From positions 256,001 through 320,000 of the forward strand of contig CAWEWF010000005.1 in assembly GCA_963812605.1 (NCBI GenBank): DNA of 64,000 nt. The letters are read 5' to 3'. Below, piece by piece: positions 19,334-30,954 of the stretch. The DNA comes from an uncultured Verrucomicrobiae bacterium. GTDB taxonomy: Bacteria; Verrucomicrobiota; Verrucomicrobiia; Palsa-1439. How positions within the stretch are numbered: the stretch's first letter is position 1; every line of letters starts with the position of its first letter. The notes under the pieces were generated by a model, which was not told the DNA's origin, searched no databases, and saw nothing but the letters and a program-made list of their open reading frames with translations. Made by a program: the position numbers and the translations under genes.

Positions 19334-22210
19334 ATGTCCAAAGACTCTATCATTATAGCTGGCGCGCGCGAGCACAACCTGAAGAACATACACCTGACTC
19401 TCCCCCGTGAGAAGCTAATCGTTGTCACAGGGTTGAGTGGCTCGGGCAAGTCCAGTCTCGCTTTTGACACGATTTACGCCGAGGGGCAGCGCAAGTACGT
19501 GGAAAGCCTCTCGGCCTACGCTCGCAATTTTCTCGAGCAACTGCAGAAGCCGGACGTCGATTACATCGAAGGCCTCTCGCCCGCCATCGCGATCGAGCAG
19601 CACTTTGGCGGCAACAACCCGCGCTCGACCATCGCTACCACCACCGAGATTTACGAGTATTTGCGCCTGCTCTTTGCGAATATCGGCAAGCCGCATTGCT
19701 ACCGGTGCGGGCGTCCGATCACGACGCAGACCACGAGCCAAATCGTCGAACAGATTCTCAATTTAGGCGAAGGGTCGCAACTTATGCTGCTGGCGCCGCT
19801 CGTGCGCAGTCGCAAAGGTGAGTTTCGCGATGTGTTCGCCCGCATCAAACGCGAGGGGTTCGTGCGCGCCCGAGTCGATGGCGAAATCCTCGACATCACG
19901 GAAGGCGTCAAACTCGACAAACGGCGCAATCATAGTATCGAATTGGTCGTGGACCGGCTGATCACCTCCGTGAAAACGCGGACGCGGCTGGCGGATTCCG
20001 TCGAGACCACACTGAAATGGGGGACGGGCTTGTTGCAGGTGCTCTACCGCACGCCGACGACGCCCGTGACCGTGCCGTGGTCCGAGCGCCTCTTTAGCAG
20101 CCAGAACGCCTGTCCGGAATGCGGCATCAGCTACGGCGAGTTCACGCCGCGGCATTTTTCGTTCAATTCGCCCGATGGCGCGTGCAAAACCTGCCACGGC
20201 CTCGGCACCAAGCTTTTTTTCGATCCCGACCTGATCGTTCCCGACCGCACCAAATCGGTCGCGAATGGCGCCATCGCGGCGTGGCGGCGCGGCGGGCGGC
20301 GGTTGATGATTTATTACAAGATGCTGCTGCGCGGCCTTTCCAAGCACTACAACATCGATCTGGAACTGCCGTTCAAGGATTTGCCGGAGAAGGTGCAGAA
20401 GGAATTGTTGCACGGCTCGGGCGACGTGGAAATTGAATTTACCCATTGGCGCAAGGGCGCGTGGCGCAAGATGACCAAGGTCTTCGAAGGCATCATCCCG
20501 AACCTCGAACGGCTCTACGAGGAGACGGACAGCGAGTTCACGAAAGTGCGCCTGCAGCATTTCATGGTCGCGATGCAGTGTCCCGACTGCAAGGGGGCCC
20601 GCTTGCGGCCTGAAAGTCTGGCGGTCACGGTCGGTGACAAATCGATCATCGACTTCACGCGGCTGAGCATCAAGGACGCGCTCAATTTCCTGGCGTCCCT
20701 GATGTTGACGGAATTTGAAGAGCAAGTGGCGGGTGAGATCATCAAGGAAGTGCGTTCGCGGTTGACGTTCCTCAAGAACGTCGGCCTGGCGTACCTCACG
20801 CTCGACCGCCAGAGCGACACGCTTTCGGGCGGCGAAGCGCAACGGATCCGGTTGGCGACGCAAGTGGGCGCGGGCCTGGTCGGCGTGCTGTACGTGCTCG
20901 ACGAACCCAGCATCGGGTTGCACCAGCGCGACAATCATCGCCTGCTCGATACGTTGAAGGGGTTGCGTGATCTTGGCAATACCGTGATTGTTGTTGAGCA
21001 CGACGAGGATACGATTCGCGCGGCGGACTACATCGTCGATCTCGGTCCCGGCGCGGGATTGCACGGCGGCTATCTGGTCGCGGCGGGCCCAATCCAGACG
21101 ATTCTCGACAGCCCGAAATCGCTGACGGGCCGTTACCTGCGCGGTGAATTGCAGATTCCGATACCGAAAACGCGGCACGCCCCGAAAAAAGGCTGGCTCA
21201 TTGTGAAGGGGGCGAATGAAAACAATCTCAAGAAAATCGATGTACGATTCCCGCTGGGTTTGCTCACGTGCGTGACAGGCGTGAGCGGATCCGGCAAGAG
21301 CACGCTGGTGGACGATATCCTGCGCAAGGCGTTGTTCCGAAAATTCTATCGGGCGAAGGACCGGCCCGGCACGCACGAGGCGATCTTGGGTTTGGAAGAA
21401 CTCGACAAGGTGATCGTCATCGACCAATCGCCAATCGGTCGCACGCCACGATCGAATCCCGCGACGTACACGGGCTCGTTCAACCATATCCGCACGCTGT
21501 TTGCGCAGTTGCCGAATGCGAAGGTGCGTGGGTATGGTCCTGGTCGGTTCAGCTTCAATGTCAAAGGCGGGCGCTGCGAGGCGTGCCAGGGGGATGGGAT
21601 CATCAAGATTGAAATGCATTTTCTGCCGGACGTGTACGTTACCTGCGAACAGTGCGGCGGCAAACGTTACAGCCGCGAAACCCTGGAGATCACCTACAAA
21701 GGACGCAACATCGCCGATGTTCTCGATATGACCGTGGACGAGGCCGAGGTCTTCTTTCGCCCGGTGCCGAAGATCCGCGACATTCTCCAGACGCTGCAGG
21801 AGGTCGGGCTCGGTTATCTCAAAATTGGCCAGCAGGCGACAACGCTGAGCGGCGGCGAAGCCCAACGCGTCAAGCTTTCTACGGAATTGGCCAAGCGAGC
21901 CACGGGGCGGACGCTGTATATCCTGGATGAACCGACCACCGGCCTGCATTTTGCCGATATCGCCAAACTGTTGGAAGTGCTCAACAAACTGCGCGACACC
22001 GGCAACACCGTGTTGGTCATCGAGCACAACCTCAACGTCATCAAGTCCGCCGATTGGGTCATCGACCTCGGCCCCGAAGGCGGGGATGCCGGTGGCCGCA
22101 TCATCGCCGAAGGCCCGCCCGAAGAGGTTGCCGAGAATAAAAAGTCCTACACTGGGCAGTTCCTGAAGCACATGTTGGCGCGGGAAACTGCCGGCTTAAG
22201 TTCGGTTTAG
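19334..22210 (+). CDS. uvrA: Excinuclease ABC subunit A
   Basis: [23 protein letters not shown], two LSGGEAQR signatures and CxxC zinc motifs; ATG 19334. Confidence 0.98.
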   Translation: MSKDSIIIAGAREHNLKNIHLTLPREKLIVVTGLSGSGKSSLAFDTIYAEGQRKYVESLSAYARNFLEQLQKPDVDYIEGLSPAIAIEQHFGGNNPRSTIATTTEIYEYLRLLFANIGKPHCYRCGRPITTQTTSQIVEQILNLGEGSQLMLLAPLVRSRKGEFRDVFARIKREGFVRARVDGEILDITEGVKLDKRRNHSIELVVDRLITSVKTRTRLADSVETTLKWGTGLLQVLYRTPTTPVTVPWSERLFSSQNACPECGISYGEFTPRHFSFNSPDGACKTCHGLGTKLFFDPDLIVPDRTKSVANGAIAAWRRGGRRLMIYYKMLLRGLSKHYNIDLELPFKDLPEKVQKELLHGSGDVEIEFTHWRKGAWRKMTKVFEGIIPNLERLYEETDSEFTKVRLQHFMVAMQCPDCKGARLRPESLAVTVGDKSIIDFTRLSIKDALNFLASLMLTEFEEQVAGEIIKEVRSRLTFLKNVGLAYLTLDRQSDTLSGGEAQRIRLATQVGAGLVGVLYVLDEPSIGLHQRDNHRLLDTLKGLRDLGNTVIVVEHDEDTIRAADYIVDLGPGAGLHGGYLVAAGPIQTILDSPKSLTGRYLRGELQIPIPKTRHAPKKGWLIVKGANENNLKKIDVRFPLGLLTCVTGVSGSGKSTLVDDILRKALFRKFYRAKDRPGTHEAILGLEELDKVIVIDQSPIGRTPRSNPATYTGSFNHIRTLFAQLPNAKVRGYGPGRFSFNVKGGRCEACQGDGIIKIEMHFLPDVYVTCEQCGGKRYSRETLEITYKGRNIADVLDMTVDEAEVFFRPVPKIRDILQTLQEVGLGYLKIGQQATTLSGGEAQRVKLSTELAKRATGRTLYILDEPTTGLHFADIAKLLEVLNKLRDTGNTVLVIEHNLNVIKSADWVIDLGPEGGDAGGRIIAEGPPEEVAENKKSYTGQFLKHMLARETAGLSSV

Positions 22211-22765
22211 GTGAATATCCTTTATCCCAAAATTGCCCTGCGGGCTTTACCCGTGATGTTTGGCGTCGCGGTTATGGGAGCCTTGATTGCGGGAGCGTAC
22301 GGCATTTTGCATGACCAGATTACTTATACCATTTCGCCGGAATATTTTACCAAATTGAAATTTGAGCAGTTTCATTACGCCAATTTCGGTTTCCCAAGAA
22401 GGGTCTTTGTTGGAGAGGTCGGTTTCCTGGCCACATGGTGGGTGGGCTTCGTTGCCGCCTGGTTTCTGGCTCGGCTTTCTGTTCCCACGTGGCCAATCAG
22501 AAAGGCGCTTCAATATACTCTCGCTGGATTCGGCATCATTTTTGCGAGTGCAATGCTCGCAGGGGTTATAGGAGGCGTGTTGGGGTATTACCGCCGTTCC
22601 AATTCTGACTTTAGCGGCTGGCAGGATTACGCGGTCATGAACGGAGTGCGCGACCTGCCCGCCTTTGTCAACGTTGCCTACATTCACAATGCCGGTTATC
22701 TTGGTGCGCTTGCGGGCCTGATTGCGGCCCTCGGCTACCTCAAACGGAAAAAGGGCCACGCGTGA
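22211..22765 (+). CDS. Conserved-looking membrane protein
   Basis: YGILHDQITYTISPEYFTK motif with about four hydrophobic helices; abuts the uvrA stop. Confidence 0.7.
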   Translation: MNILYPKIALRALPVMFGVAVMGALIAGAYGILHDQITYTISPEYFTKLKFEQFHYANFGFPRRVFVGEVGFLATWWVGFVAAWFLARLSVPTWPIRKALQYTLAGFGIIFASAMLAGVIGGVLGYYRRSNSDFSGWQDYAVMNGVRDLPAFVNVAYIHNAGYLGALAGLIAALGYLKRKKGHA

Positions 22766-22874
22766 TCGAAGTGATGATAATGAATGATGGTAAGGCACTT
22801 TTGAGGCGTGATAATTGGTCTTCAGCGTTGTCGAATCCTAGTGCGGGTATAGAAAAGCCAAAGGAGATATTCGT

Positions 22875-23330
22875 ATGAGATCATCGATTGGGAAGGCTGC
22901 CGGGCTGTTGCTGCTTGGCGGGGGCATTGGCCTGGGTTTATGGAATACATCTCGACCGGCTACGGCCTACAGCGACGCTACGCCCCCTTCGCAACTCATC
23001 GGAAGCAAACTGATTGGGGTTTGGATTTTTGTCGGTGAGCCTGACAACGTGAACGAGGCACCTGTGGCTGGCGGTCGCCTAAAGTTTTTTACTGGCAAAC
23101 ATTGGTGCATCACCCAGGCCAACCCAACCAGCGGTCTTACGATTTATCATCACGGGGGCACCTACACGCTCAAGGGCGACCAGTATGCGGAGACGGTGGA
23201 ATACGCCAATGAAAATACAAAGTCCCTCATCAAAAAGACCCACCACTTCACAATCAAGATCCAGGGCGACACTTTCACACAGATCGGCACTGACAATTCC
23301 TGGTCGGAGGTCTGGAAGCGTGTCGAGTAA
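22875..23330 (+). CDS. Exported lipocalin-like hypothetical protein
   Basis: RBS AAGGAG, signal or anchor sequence, LIGVW, GGTYTL.GD.Y.E and EVWKRV motifs. Confidence 0.6.
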   Translation: MRSSIGKAAGLLLLGGGIGLGLWNTSRPATAYSDATPPSQLIGSKLIGVWIFVGEPDNVNEAPVAGGRLKFFTGKHWCITQANPTSGLTIYHHGGTYTLKGDQYAETVEYANENTKSLIKKTHHFTIKIQGDTFTQIGTDNSWSEVWKRVE

Positions 23331-23482
23331 TGTTTCAATGGCTCGGCGACTATCCTTTGCGACGGATGGACAACCGTCCCTCACCCAAATTCGCTGGATA
23401 CCGTGGTCGAGTTTTCCGGCTGCCGACATCAAATCTTGCCGCGCGGTGAACAATCTGCCAATAATTGCGTCTGATGGGGTGG

Positions 23483-25996
23483 ATGAAAAAACTGCGGCTC
23501 ATAGCGGCATTGCTGTTTATCGGCAGCGCGGTCGGCCGTGTGACGGCGGCGACGCCGGATGAGAGCCGGCTTTACCGGGTCGCCGAGGCGGCATTCAAAG
23601 ATGGCTTGAACGATCTTGCCGAGCGGCAGTTTGCGGAGTACCTGAAACAATTCCCGGACTCGGAGCGGGCGGATGAGGTCGTGCTCGACCTGGCGCAGGC
23701 GCAGTTGAACCAGGGGAAATGGACGGATGCGGAAAAGACGCTGCAGGACGCGCTGGTAAAATGGCCGACCGAAAAGCGACCGGATAGTTTTCGGTTCTGG
23801 CTCGCCGAAGCGCTCGTGCACGGTGAGCGCTACAGCGAGGCGGAGCAGCGCTACGCGGAAGTCATCGAGAAATATCCGCACAGCGCGTACCGACCGCAGG
23901 CATTATATGGGCTCGGGTTCGCGCGGTTCAAACTGGGCCGGTTCGGCGGCGCGATGGAGGCGCTGGATCAACTCGACAAGCTCGGACCGAAGGAGGATTT
24001 GGGGCAAGAGGCGGAACTGCTGCGCGGCCAGACGCTCCTGGCCCTCCAGAAATTCGAGCAAGCCGACATCGTCCTGGGCGGCGTCATCACCAAGTATCCC
24101 AATACCCGCGCGGCGTTTCGCGCCAGTGTCTGGTTGGGCGAGTCGCTCATGCAAAGCGGCAAGTTCGACGAGGCGTTGAAGCGTTACGGGGCGGTCATCA
24201 GCGCCTACCAATCCAGTCCGAACAAACCCGTCACCGGCCAATTGGCCGCGGAAGCCTGGCGCGGCGAGGGCTGGGTTTATTGGCGGCAGGAAAAATTCGA
24301 TAATGCCGCGGAGGCCTTCGCCCAGGCGCTCGCGCTGGCGCAGGACCCTCCCGTAAAGCGCGAGGCGATGCTCAAGCTGGGCGAAGCCTATGTGCGCAGC
24401 GGCAAGCTGGCCGACGGAGTGGGGAAGTTGAAGGCGTATCTACAGTCGACCCCCAGTGACCCGCTCGCCGACGAGATCCAGATGACGATCGGCGACCTGT
24501 TGTTTGGCAGCAAGGATTTCACCAATGCGCTGCCCGAGTACGTGAACCTGATCGAAAAGTATCCGCAGAGCGCGCTGCTGGCCAAAGCGAACTTCAGCGC
24601 GGGCTGGTGCGACTGGAACCTCGGCAAGATCGCCGATGCGCTCCCGTATTTTCGCCAGGCCGCGACCCTTGCCAAGGATCCCATGTTGGCGGCGGAGGCG
24701 CTTTTCAAGGTCGGCGACGCCGAGTTCGCGCTCGGCCAGTTCGTGGACGCGATCAATGACTATCAGCGGCTCATCAGCACGTATCCCGACACGAAGCTGA
24801 TTGACCGCGCCATGTTCCAACTCGGCCAGGCGTACCAGCGCACGCACAACGCGGAAGGGGCGGTCCATGTGTTCGAGGCGCTGGTTCAGCAATATCCCCA
24901 GAGCGAACACGCGGCGGAAGCGCAGTTCAACATCGGCGTCATCGTGGGCGGAACGGGGAAGGAAGCGGATGCGCGCACGGCGTACGCAGCGGTGGAAAAA
25001 AAATACCCGCAGAGCGAATGGGCCACGAAAGCCAACCTGGCCATCGGCGAATCGTTCCAGCACGAGGGCAAATACGACGAAGCGGCGGCGGAGTTCGAGA
25101 AACTGATGGCGGAGTCCCCCAATACAGAGCTCGGCCAGCGCGCGTTCTACAATCGCGGTTGGTGTTACGCGCAGAAAGGGCAGTCGGATAAGACGCTCGC
25201 GGACTTTGACGAGTTCCTCAAAAAGTTTCCCGAGTCGGTGCTCGCGCCTGATGTGCAGTTTTGGATTGCCGATTACTACCTGAAGAAGAAGGATTACATC
25301 AAGGCCCAGGAACAGTTTCAATTGCTCGTGAAGAATTACGCGACCAGCAACTGGGCGGATACGGCGCAGTACTGGGCGGCGCGCGCGGCATACCTGCGAC
25401 AGGACTACAAACCCGCCATCGAGCTTTACGAGGCGGTGTTGAAAAATTTTCCCGACTCGGGATGGCGTTGCGATGCGCGTTTTGGGGAAGGGGACGCGTT
25501 AAGCGAACTCAACCAGTTTGGGGATGCGCTGCTCGTGTTCGATTCGTTCACGAAGGATTTTCCCGATTGTTACCTGGCAGCCGAAGCGATCGGGCGCAAG
25601 GGCGACATGCAATTCACCCTGGGTCGGTTTGACGAAGCCATCGCTAGTTACCGCAAGGCGTTGGATTCCGCGCGGGAAGGGGACCCCACGTTGCGCGATC
25701 AGCTTTATTACGGGATTGGTCTCTCGTATGAAAAAGCGAACAAGCTCGACGAAGCATTCGAGTGGTACAGCAAGGGGGTGCTCGAGCAGTCCGCCGTTCC
25801 GGATCCCAACGCCCCCCCCGAACGCTTCTGGATGTGCAAGGCGGGCTTCGCCGCCGGTACGATCAAGGAGCGGCGTCAGCAGTGGCGCGAGGCGATCATC
25901 CTTTACCAGAAACTGGCGGACCTGTGTCCCGATATGAAAACATTGCTCGAAGAAAAAATTCGCAAACTGCGCGTGGAGCACCTGATTCTATACTGA
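23483..25996 (+). CDS. Exported tetratricopeptide-repeat protein (CpoB/BamD-like repeats)
   Basis: Signal peptide MKKLRLIAALLF and many TPR units ending in YPxS-type turns. Confidence 0.9.
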   Translation: MKKLRLIAALLFIGSAVGRVTAATPDESRLYRVAEAAFKDGLNDLAERQFAEYLKQFPDSERADEVVLDLAQAQLNQGKWTDAEKTLQDALVKWPTEKRPDSFRFWLAEALVHGERYSEAEQRYAEVIEKYPHSAYRPQALYGLGFARFKLGRFGGAMEALDQLDKLGPKEDLGQEAELLRGQTLLALQKFEQADIVLGGVITKYPNTRAAFRASVWLGESLMQSGKFDEALKRYGAVISAYQSSPNKPVTGQLAAEAWRGEGWVYWRQEKFDNAAEAFAQALALAQDPPVKREAMLKLGEAYVRSGKLADGVGKLKAYLQSTPSDPLADEIQMTIGDLLFGSKDFTNALPEYVNLIEKYPQSALLAKANFSAGWCDWNLGKIADALPYFRQAATLAKDPMLAAEALFKVGDAEFALGQFVDAINDYQRLISTYPDTKLIDRAMFQLGQAYQRTHNAEGAVHVFEALVQQYPQSEHAAEAQFNIGVIVGGTGKEADARTAYAAVEKKYPQSEWATKANLAIGESFQHEGKYDEAAAEFEKLMAESPNTELGQRAFYNRGWCYAQKGQSDKTLADFDEFLKKFPESVLAPDVQFWIADYYLKKKDYIKAQEQFQLLVKNYATSNWADTAQYWAARAAYLRQDYKPAIELYEAVLKNFPDSGWRCDARFGEGDALSELNQFGDALLVFDSFTKDFPDCYLAAEAIGRKGDMQFTLGRFDEAIASYRKALDSAREGDPTLRDQLYYGIGLSYEKANKLDEAFEWYSKGVLEQSAVPDPNAPPERFWMCKAGFAAGTIKERRQQWREAIILYQKLADLCPDMKTLLEEKIRKLRVEHLILY

Positions 25997-26064
25997 GTAC
26001 GGAAAATGCTTGGTTTATCGTTGAAAAAGGGCCATATTACCAGGTAAGCAAGAGGAGGTAGCGC

Positions 26065-26709
26065 ATGCTCACACTCATGACAGAAGGCGGTCCGTTGATG
26101 TGGTTTATCCTCATCGCCGCCATCGTGGCTATCGTGGTATTTCTCGAACGCCTCTTCCATTATCACCGCGCCCAGATCCATACGAACGATTTTGTGAATG
26201 GCGTCCTCAATTCCCTCAAGCGCGGGAATATCAGCGAAGCCATCAGCACCTGCAAAGAAACCGCGGGTCCGGTCGCCCAGGTCGTCATGGCCGCGGTGGT
26301 CAATCACGATCGCTCCCGCGAAGAGATCCGCGAGGCGGTCCAGGACACCGCGCGCACAGAGGTGACCCGGCTGGAGCACAACCTGCCAATTCTGGTCACC
26401 ATCGCGCAAATCACGCCGTTGCTTGGCTTTCTCGGGACAGTCTGGGGGATGATTCAGGTCTTCAAAGTTATCGAGAACACACAGGCTACCACGGCAGGGC
26501 AGCTGGCGGGTGGCGTGTGGCAGGCCCTGCTGACCACGGCGGGCGGGCTCGTCGTCGCGATTCCGAGTTATATCGCCTACAACTATCTCGTCAGCCGGGT
26601 TCAAAACTTGGTGTTGGACATGGAGAAGGCCGCCAATGAAACCGTACAATACCTCGCCCGGAAAGAAGAAGGCGGCGAACAGTCGAGCAAGGTGGTGGCG
26701 CTGCGATGA
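26065..26709 (+). CDS. exbB: MotA/TolQ/ExbB proton channel protein
   Basis: PLLGFLGTVWGMI and ALLTTAGGL.VAIP motifs; RBS GGAGG. Confidence 0.9.
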   Translation: MLTLMTEGGPLMWFILIAAIVAIVVFLERLFHYHRAQIHTNDFVNGVLNSLKRGNISEAISTCKETAGPVAQVVMAAVVNHDRSREEIREAVQDTARTEVTRLEHNLPILVTIAQITPLLGFLGTVWGMIQVFKVIENTQATTAGQLAGGVWQALLTTAGGLVVAIPSYIAYNYLVSRVQNLVLDMEKAANETVQYLARKEEGGEQSSKVVALR

Positions 26710-27131
26710 CGTTCCGGACGCAATGCCAGATTTCGAAAGGGTTGGTGGACGCCGCGCCACTCGTAAATGTCGTGTTTCTGCTACTGCTTTTCTTTGTTCT
26801 CAATTCCTCGTTCGTCATGGTGCCGGGCGTAAAAGTGGATCTGTCCCCGTCGGCCATGGGGTTGACGGATATGTTCCCAACCCTGGTTGTCACCGCGGCG
26901 CGCGATGACTTGCTGTTCTTTAACGATCAACCCATCACGATGGACAAGCTGGAACAGACCCTTCGGGATGCGGTGCAACAGGGTCGCGGTCATGAATTGA
27001 TCATTAAGACCGACCAACAAGTTTCCCACGGTACGGTGATGCAGATCATGGGCGCCGCAACTCGGGCCGGCATCACGACAGTAAACATGGCGGCCCGGCC
27101 CGAGTCATCCGCGGCGGGCGCTCCCAACTGA
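26706..27131 (+). CDS. exbD: ExbD/TolR family protein
   Basis: APLVNVVFLLLLFF transmembrane motif and IKTDQQV.HG.VM; ATGA overlap with exbB. Confidence 0.85.
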   Translation: MTFRTQCQISKGLVDAAPLVNVVFLLLLFFVLNSSFVMVPGVKVDLSPSAMGLTDMFPTLVVTAARDDLLFFNDQPITMDKLEQTLRDAVQQGRGHELIIKTDQQVSHGTVMQIMGAATRAGITTVNMAARPESSAAGAPN

Positions 27132-27137
27132 GTTCTC

Positions 27138-27956
27138 ATGAGGCGGGCCCCCAAGCTGTCCTTCGCCCAAGGGCAACTGCTGCTCTGGATTTTGGCCGGC
27201 TCCCTCGTGGCGTTCGGTGTGATGTTTGTGTTCCTTCGTGTTTCCGGTGTCTCGCTTACCACGGCCCCGCGTGAATCGACGCGTGTGCTGCTCATGCCCG
27301 CGGCAAAACAGAACCTATTCTCCTCCAGTGATCCGCGCTACGTTATTGCCGACATTTTTGATCCGAGCCTGATGACCTTGCCCAGCGAACACGGGTATTC
27401 CCGTGGGATATGGCGCCAGAAAATCGAGGTGAAGCAACGCGATCTTGGCTGGAACGAACAGCCGGCCTTTCTTGCCGTTCGAGTAACGGAAACGCCGCCT
27501 TCCCTATTGGAGCCGACCCCGGTAAATACGGCCGTGCTCTCCGCGGCGGAGAAAACGTCCGCGCTCTCGGAAGAGTCGAATGACAACGAAGTAGTCGAGC
27601 CGCCGATGCCGATCAACCAATCTGTCCTCCGTGTCCTGAGCGCGCTGGAAGACCGCGGTGTTGCCTACGCGCCGCCGTTGCCGATAATCAACAGCTCCGG
27701 ACCGATCCGCCCCACGCAAGTTCGAGTCGGGGTGAGTGCCGACGGGTTGGTCCTCTACGCGCTCCTCGATCGCTCCTGTGGTGACGAAGCCGTTGACGCG
27801 CAGGCATTGGCGTTGGCACGACAGATTCGTTTCGAGTCGGAACGCGATACTGGTTCAATTCCGCTGGCTTGGGGCGTCCTGCGGTTTTTATGGGCCGCAC
27901 AAGGAACCGCAGGGACGAATATGCAGAGCACCGCGGCGCAGCCGTCAAATGCCTGA
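27138..27956 (+). CDS. TonB/TolA-like energy transducer
   Basis: N-terminal membrane anchor, Pro-rich linker and TonB-C-like VGVSADG.V...SCGD..VD..AL; follows exbB-exbD. Confidence 0.6.
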   Translation: MRRAPKLSFAQGQLLLWILAGSLVAFGVMFVFLRVSGVSLTTAPRESTRVLLMPAAKQNLFSSSDPRYVIADIFDPSLMTLPSEHGYSRGIWRQKIEVKQRDLGWNEQPAFLAVRVTETPPSLLEPTPVNTAVLSAAEKTSALSEESNDNEVVEPPMPINQSVLRVLSALEDRGVAYAPPLPIINSSGPIRPTQVRVGVSADGLVLYALLDRSCGDEAVDAQALALARQIRFESERDTGSIPLAWGVLRFLWAAQGTAGTNMQSTAAQPSNA

Positions 27957-28122
27957 GCCGCGGCCAGCTTTTTTCCAGCGTTTCAATAAACTTGGGGATT
28001 GTCTTGGCCCTTACCACTCGGTATGAATGGGGCAGCGAGTGAAGGCGGCCCCCAGTTTCATCGGGGGCATTCAACACAGAGTTAATTCAGGAGTCATTTG
28101 GAAACTACGGAGGTTTTCCGCC

Positions 28123-29282
28123 ATGGGCATGTGGATTGGTCGGAATCGTAAAGCCCGGGTCACATACGGATTCGATGATATTGCGCTGGTGCCGGGAGCT
28201 GTCACCATCAACCCCAACGAAGTCGACACGAGCTTTCAACTCGGCGCGCACAAGATTCGCGTGCCGATTCTGGCGAGCGCGATGGACGGGGTGGTGGATG
28301 TGCGTTTTGCCATCGAGATGGGCAAGCTCGGTGGCGTGGCCGTGCTCAACCTGGAAGGCGTGCAGACTCGCTACAAGAATCCGGAAGAGGTCCTCGACAA
28401 GATCGTCAATGCCAGCAAGGAAGAGGCGACGCATCTCCTGCAACGCATCTACACCGAGCCGATTCAGGAAGATCTGATTGCCGCGCGTGTGCGAGAGATC
28501 AAAGACGCCGGCGTACTGTGTGCGGTCAGTTCGATTCCCCAACGCGCCGAGCGTTTCGGCGCCATCGCGCAGGAAGCCGGCGCGGACATTTTTGTGGTGC
28601 AATCCACGGTCTCCACCGTGCGGCATCTTTCCAGCGAGTACAAGACCCTCGACCTCGCGGCCTTCTGCAAAATGCTGCGCATCCCCGTCGTCATTGGCAA
28701 TTGCGTGACCTACAGCGTGACCTGGAACTGATGCAATGCGGCATGGCGGCTGTGCTTATCGGCATTGGCCCGGGTTCCGCCTGCACGACCCGTGGCGTGC
28801 TCGGCCTCGGCGTGCCGCAGGTCACGGCGACCGTTGATTGCGCGGCGGCGCGGGATCAACACTTCAAACAAACGGGCCGATACGTGCCCATCATCACGGA
28901 TGGCGGGATGAGCAAGGGCGGCGACATTTGCAAGGCGTTTGCCTGCGGCGCTGATGCCGTGATGATCGGGAGCGCGTTCGCGCGCACCAAGGAGGCGCCA
29001 GGCCGGGGATTCCACTGGGGAATGGCCACGCCGCACGCCAACCTCCCGCGCGGGACGCGCATCCACGTCGGTGTGACGGGCACGCTTAAACAAATCCTCT
29101 TCGGACCGGCGGAACTCGACGACGGTTCGCAGAATCTCGTCGGTGCGCTGGCGACCTGCATGGGGAACGTCGGCGCGCGCACCGTGCGCGAATTTCAAGA
29201 GACAGAAATCATCATTGCGCCCGCGATTAAGACCGAGGGCAAGGTCTTTCAAACCGTGCAGGGCGTTGGGATGGGGAAGTAA
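28123..29282 (+). CDS. guaB: IMP dehydrogenase, GuaB3 type without CBS domains; frameshift near 28722
   Basis: [29 protein letters not shown] and HWGMATP motifs; two ORFs join at GTGACCTGGAA. Confidence 0.93.
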
Positions 29283-29287
29283 CCCGC

Positions 29288-30878
29288 ATGTCCCGCCTCA
29301 CGAAACCTCCACCAAACAAAGCACGGTCCCGGCTGTGCGATTCCTGAAAAGATCGTCATCCTCGACTTTGGGTCCCAGTACACGCAGGTAATCGCGCGCC
29401 GAATTCGCGAGTGCCAGGTATTCTCGCAAATCCTGCGCTTTGACACATCGGCCGCGAAACTCCGCGCGCTAAAACCTCGTGGACTAATCCTGAGCGGTGG
29501 TCCGGCCAGCGTCTATGGCAAGGCCGCGCCGCATGGCGACCCGGCGATTTGGAACCTGGGGATTCCCGTTCTGGGCATCTGCTATGGGATGCAGTTGATG
29601 GCCCACCAACTGGGTGGGCGCGTCGAGAGGGGTGATAAACGTGAATACGGCCACGCGGAAGTGGAGATCACGGGCGATTCACCGTTGTTTGCCAAAATGG
29701 ATTCCCGCCAAAAGGTTTGGATGAGTCATGGCGACAAGATGACAAAAGTGCCGGACGGCTTCCGTTCCGTCGCGCACAGCCAGAATTCGCCATATGCCGC
29801 CATCGCCAATTCGCAGCGCCGACTCTTCGGTATACAATTTCATCCCGAAGTTCATCACACGCCCAATGGGAAGCAGATTATTTCGAACTTTGTGCATGGT
29901 CTTTGCGGGTGCGGCCGCAACTGGACCATGAAGTCGTTTATCGACCACGCGATTGGGGAGATTCGCGAAACAGTAGGTAATGACCGGGTGATTCTCGGGT
30001 TGTCGGGTGGCGTGGACTCCAGCGTGGCGGCGGCCCTGATTCACAAAGCCATCGGCGACCAACTTGCCTGTGTGTTCGTCAACAACGGTCTGCTGCGCAA
30101 ATCGGAAGCGGAAGGAGTGCAGCAGGTCTTCGGCAGGAACCTGCGCATGAAGTTGCATTATGCGGACGCGACGGGTGTGTTCTTGCGCAAATTACGCGGC
30201 GTGACCGACCCGGAACGCAAACGCAAGATCATCGGTCGAGCCTTTGTAGAGGTGTTTCAGAAGGCGACAAAGAAAGCCGGGGCGGCGCGCTTTCTCGCCC
30301 AGGGCACGACGTATCCCGATGTGATCGAGAGCGTTTCCATCGCCGGCAATCCCGCCGCGATGATCAAATCGCACCACAATGTCGGCGGCTTGCCGAAGAA
30401 CATGAAATTTGAACTGCTCGAACCGCTGCGCGCGCTCTTCAAGGACGAAGTGCGCGAAGTTGGAGCGCAACTGGGGTTGCCGCGCGAGATTGTCTGGCGT
30501 CAACCATTTCCCGGACCGGGTTTGGCCGTACGCATCCTCGGGGCGGTGAGCCCGGAGCGTTTGCGGATCCTGCGGGAAGCCGACTGGGTCGTCATCGACG
30601 AGATGAAAAAGGCGGACCTGTACTACAAAGTCTGGCAGACATTTGCGGTACTGCTGCCCGTGAAAACCGTCGGCGTGATGGGCGACGAGCGCACCTATGA
30701 TAACGTCGTCGCAATCCGCGCGGTGGAAAGCGTGGATGGGATGACCGCGGATTGGGTACGGCTGCCGTATGACCTGCTGGCGCGGCTTTCCACGCGCATC
30801 ATCAACGAAGTCAAAGGCGTCAACCGCGTCTGTCTCGACATCTCCAGCAAACCACCCAGCACGATTGAGTGGGAGTAG
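29288..30878 (+). CDS. guaA: GMP synthase (glutamine-hydrolysing); probable indel near the 5' end
   Basis: [33 protein letters not shown] and KPPSTIEWE motifs. Confidence 0.95.
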
Positions 30879-30954
30879 ATCAGGGGGTGAGAGCTGGGGC
30901 TAGTTGACGATTTGCTTTTGTCGCGGCGTTTAGTAACATGCCGTCTCAATTCGC

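Noticed and set aside
19763-22171. 802-aa antisense ORF over uvrA, and similar long antisense ORFs over the kinase, SSS, PIG-L and GH105 genes
   Set aside because: Shadow ORFs caused by high-GC codon bias; no recognisable motifs.
27990-28122. Purine riboswitch upstream of guaB
   Set aside because: Only short hairpins are present; I could not find the conserved purine-aptamer core or an expression-platform terminator.
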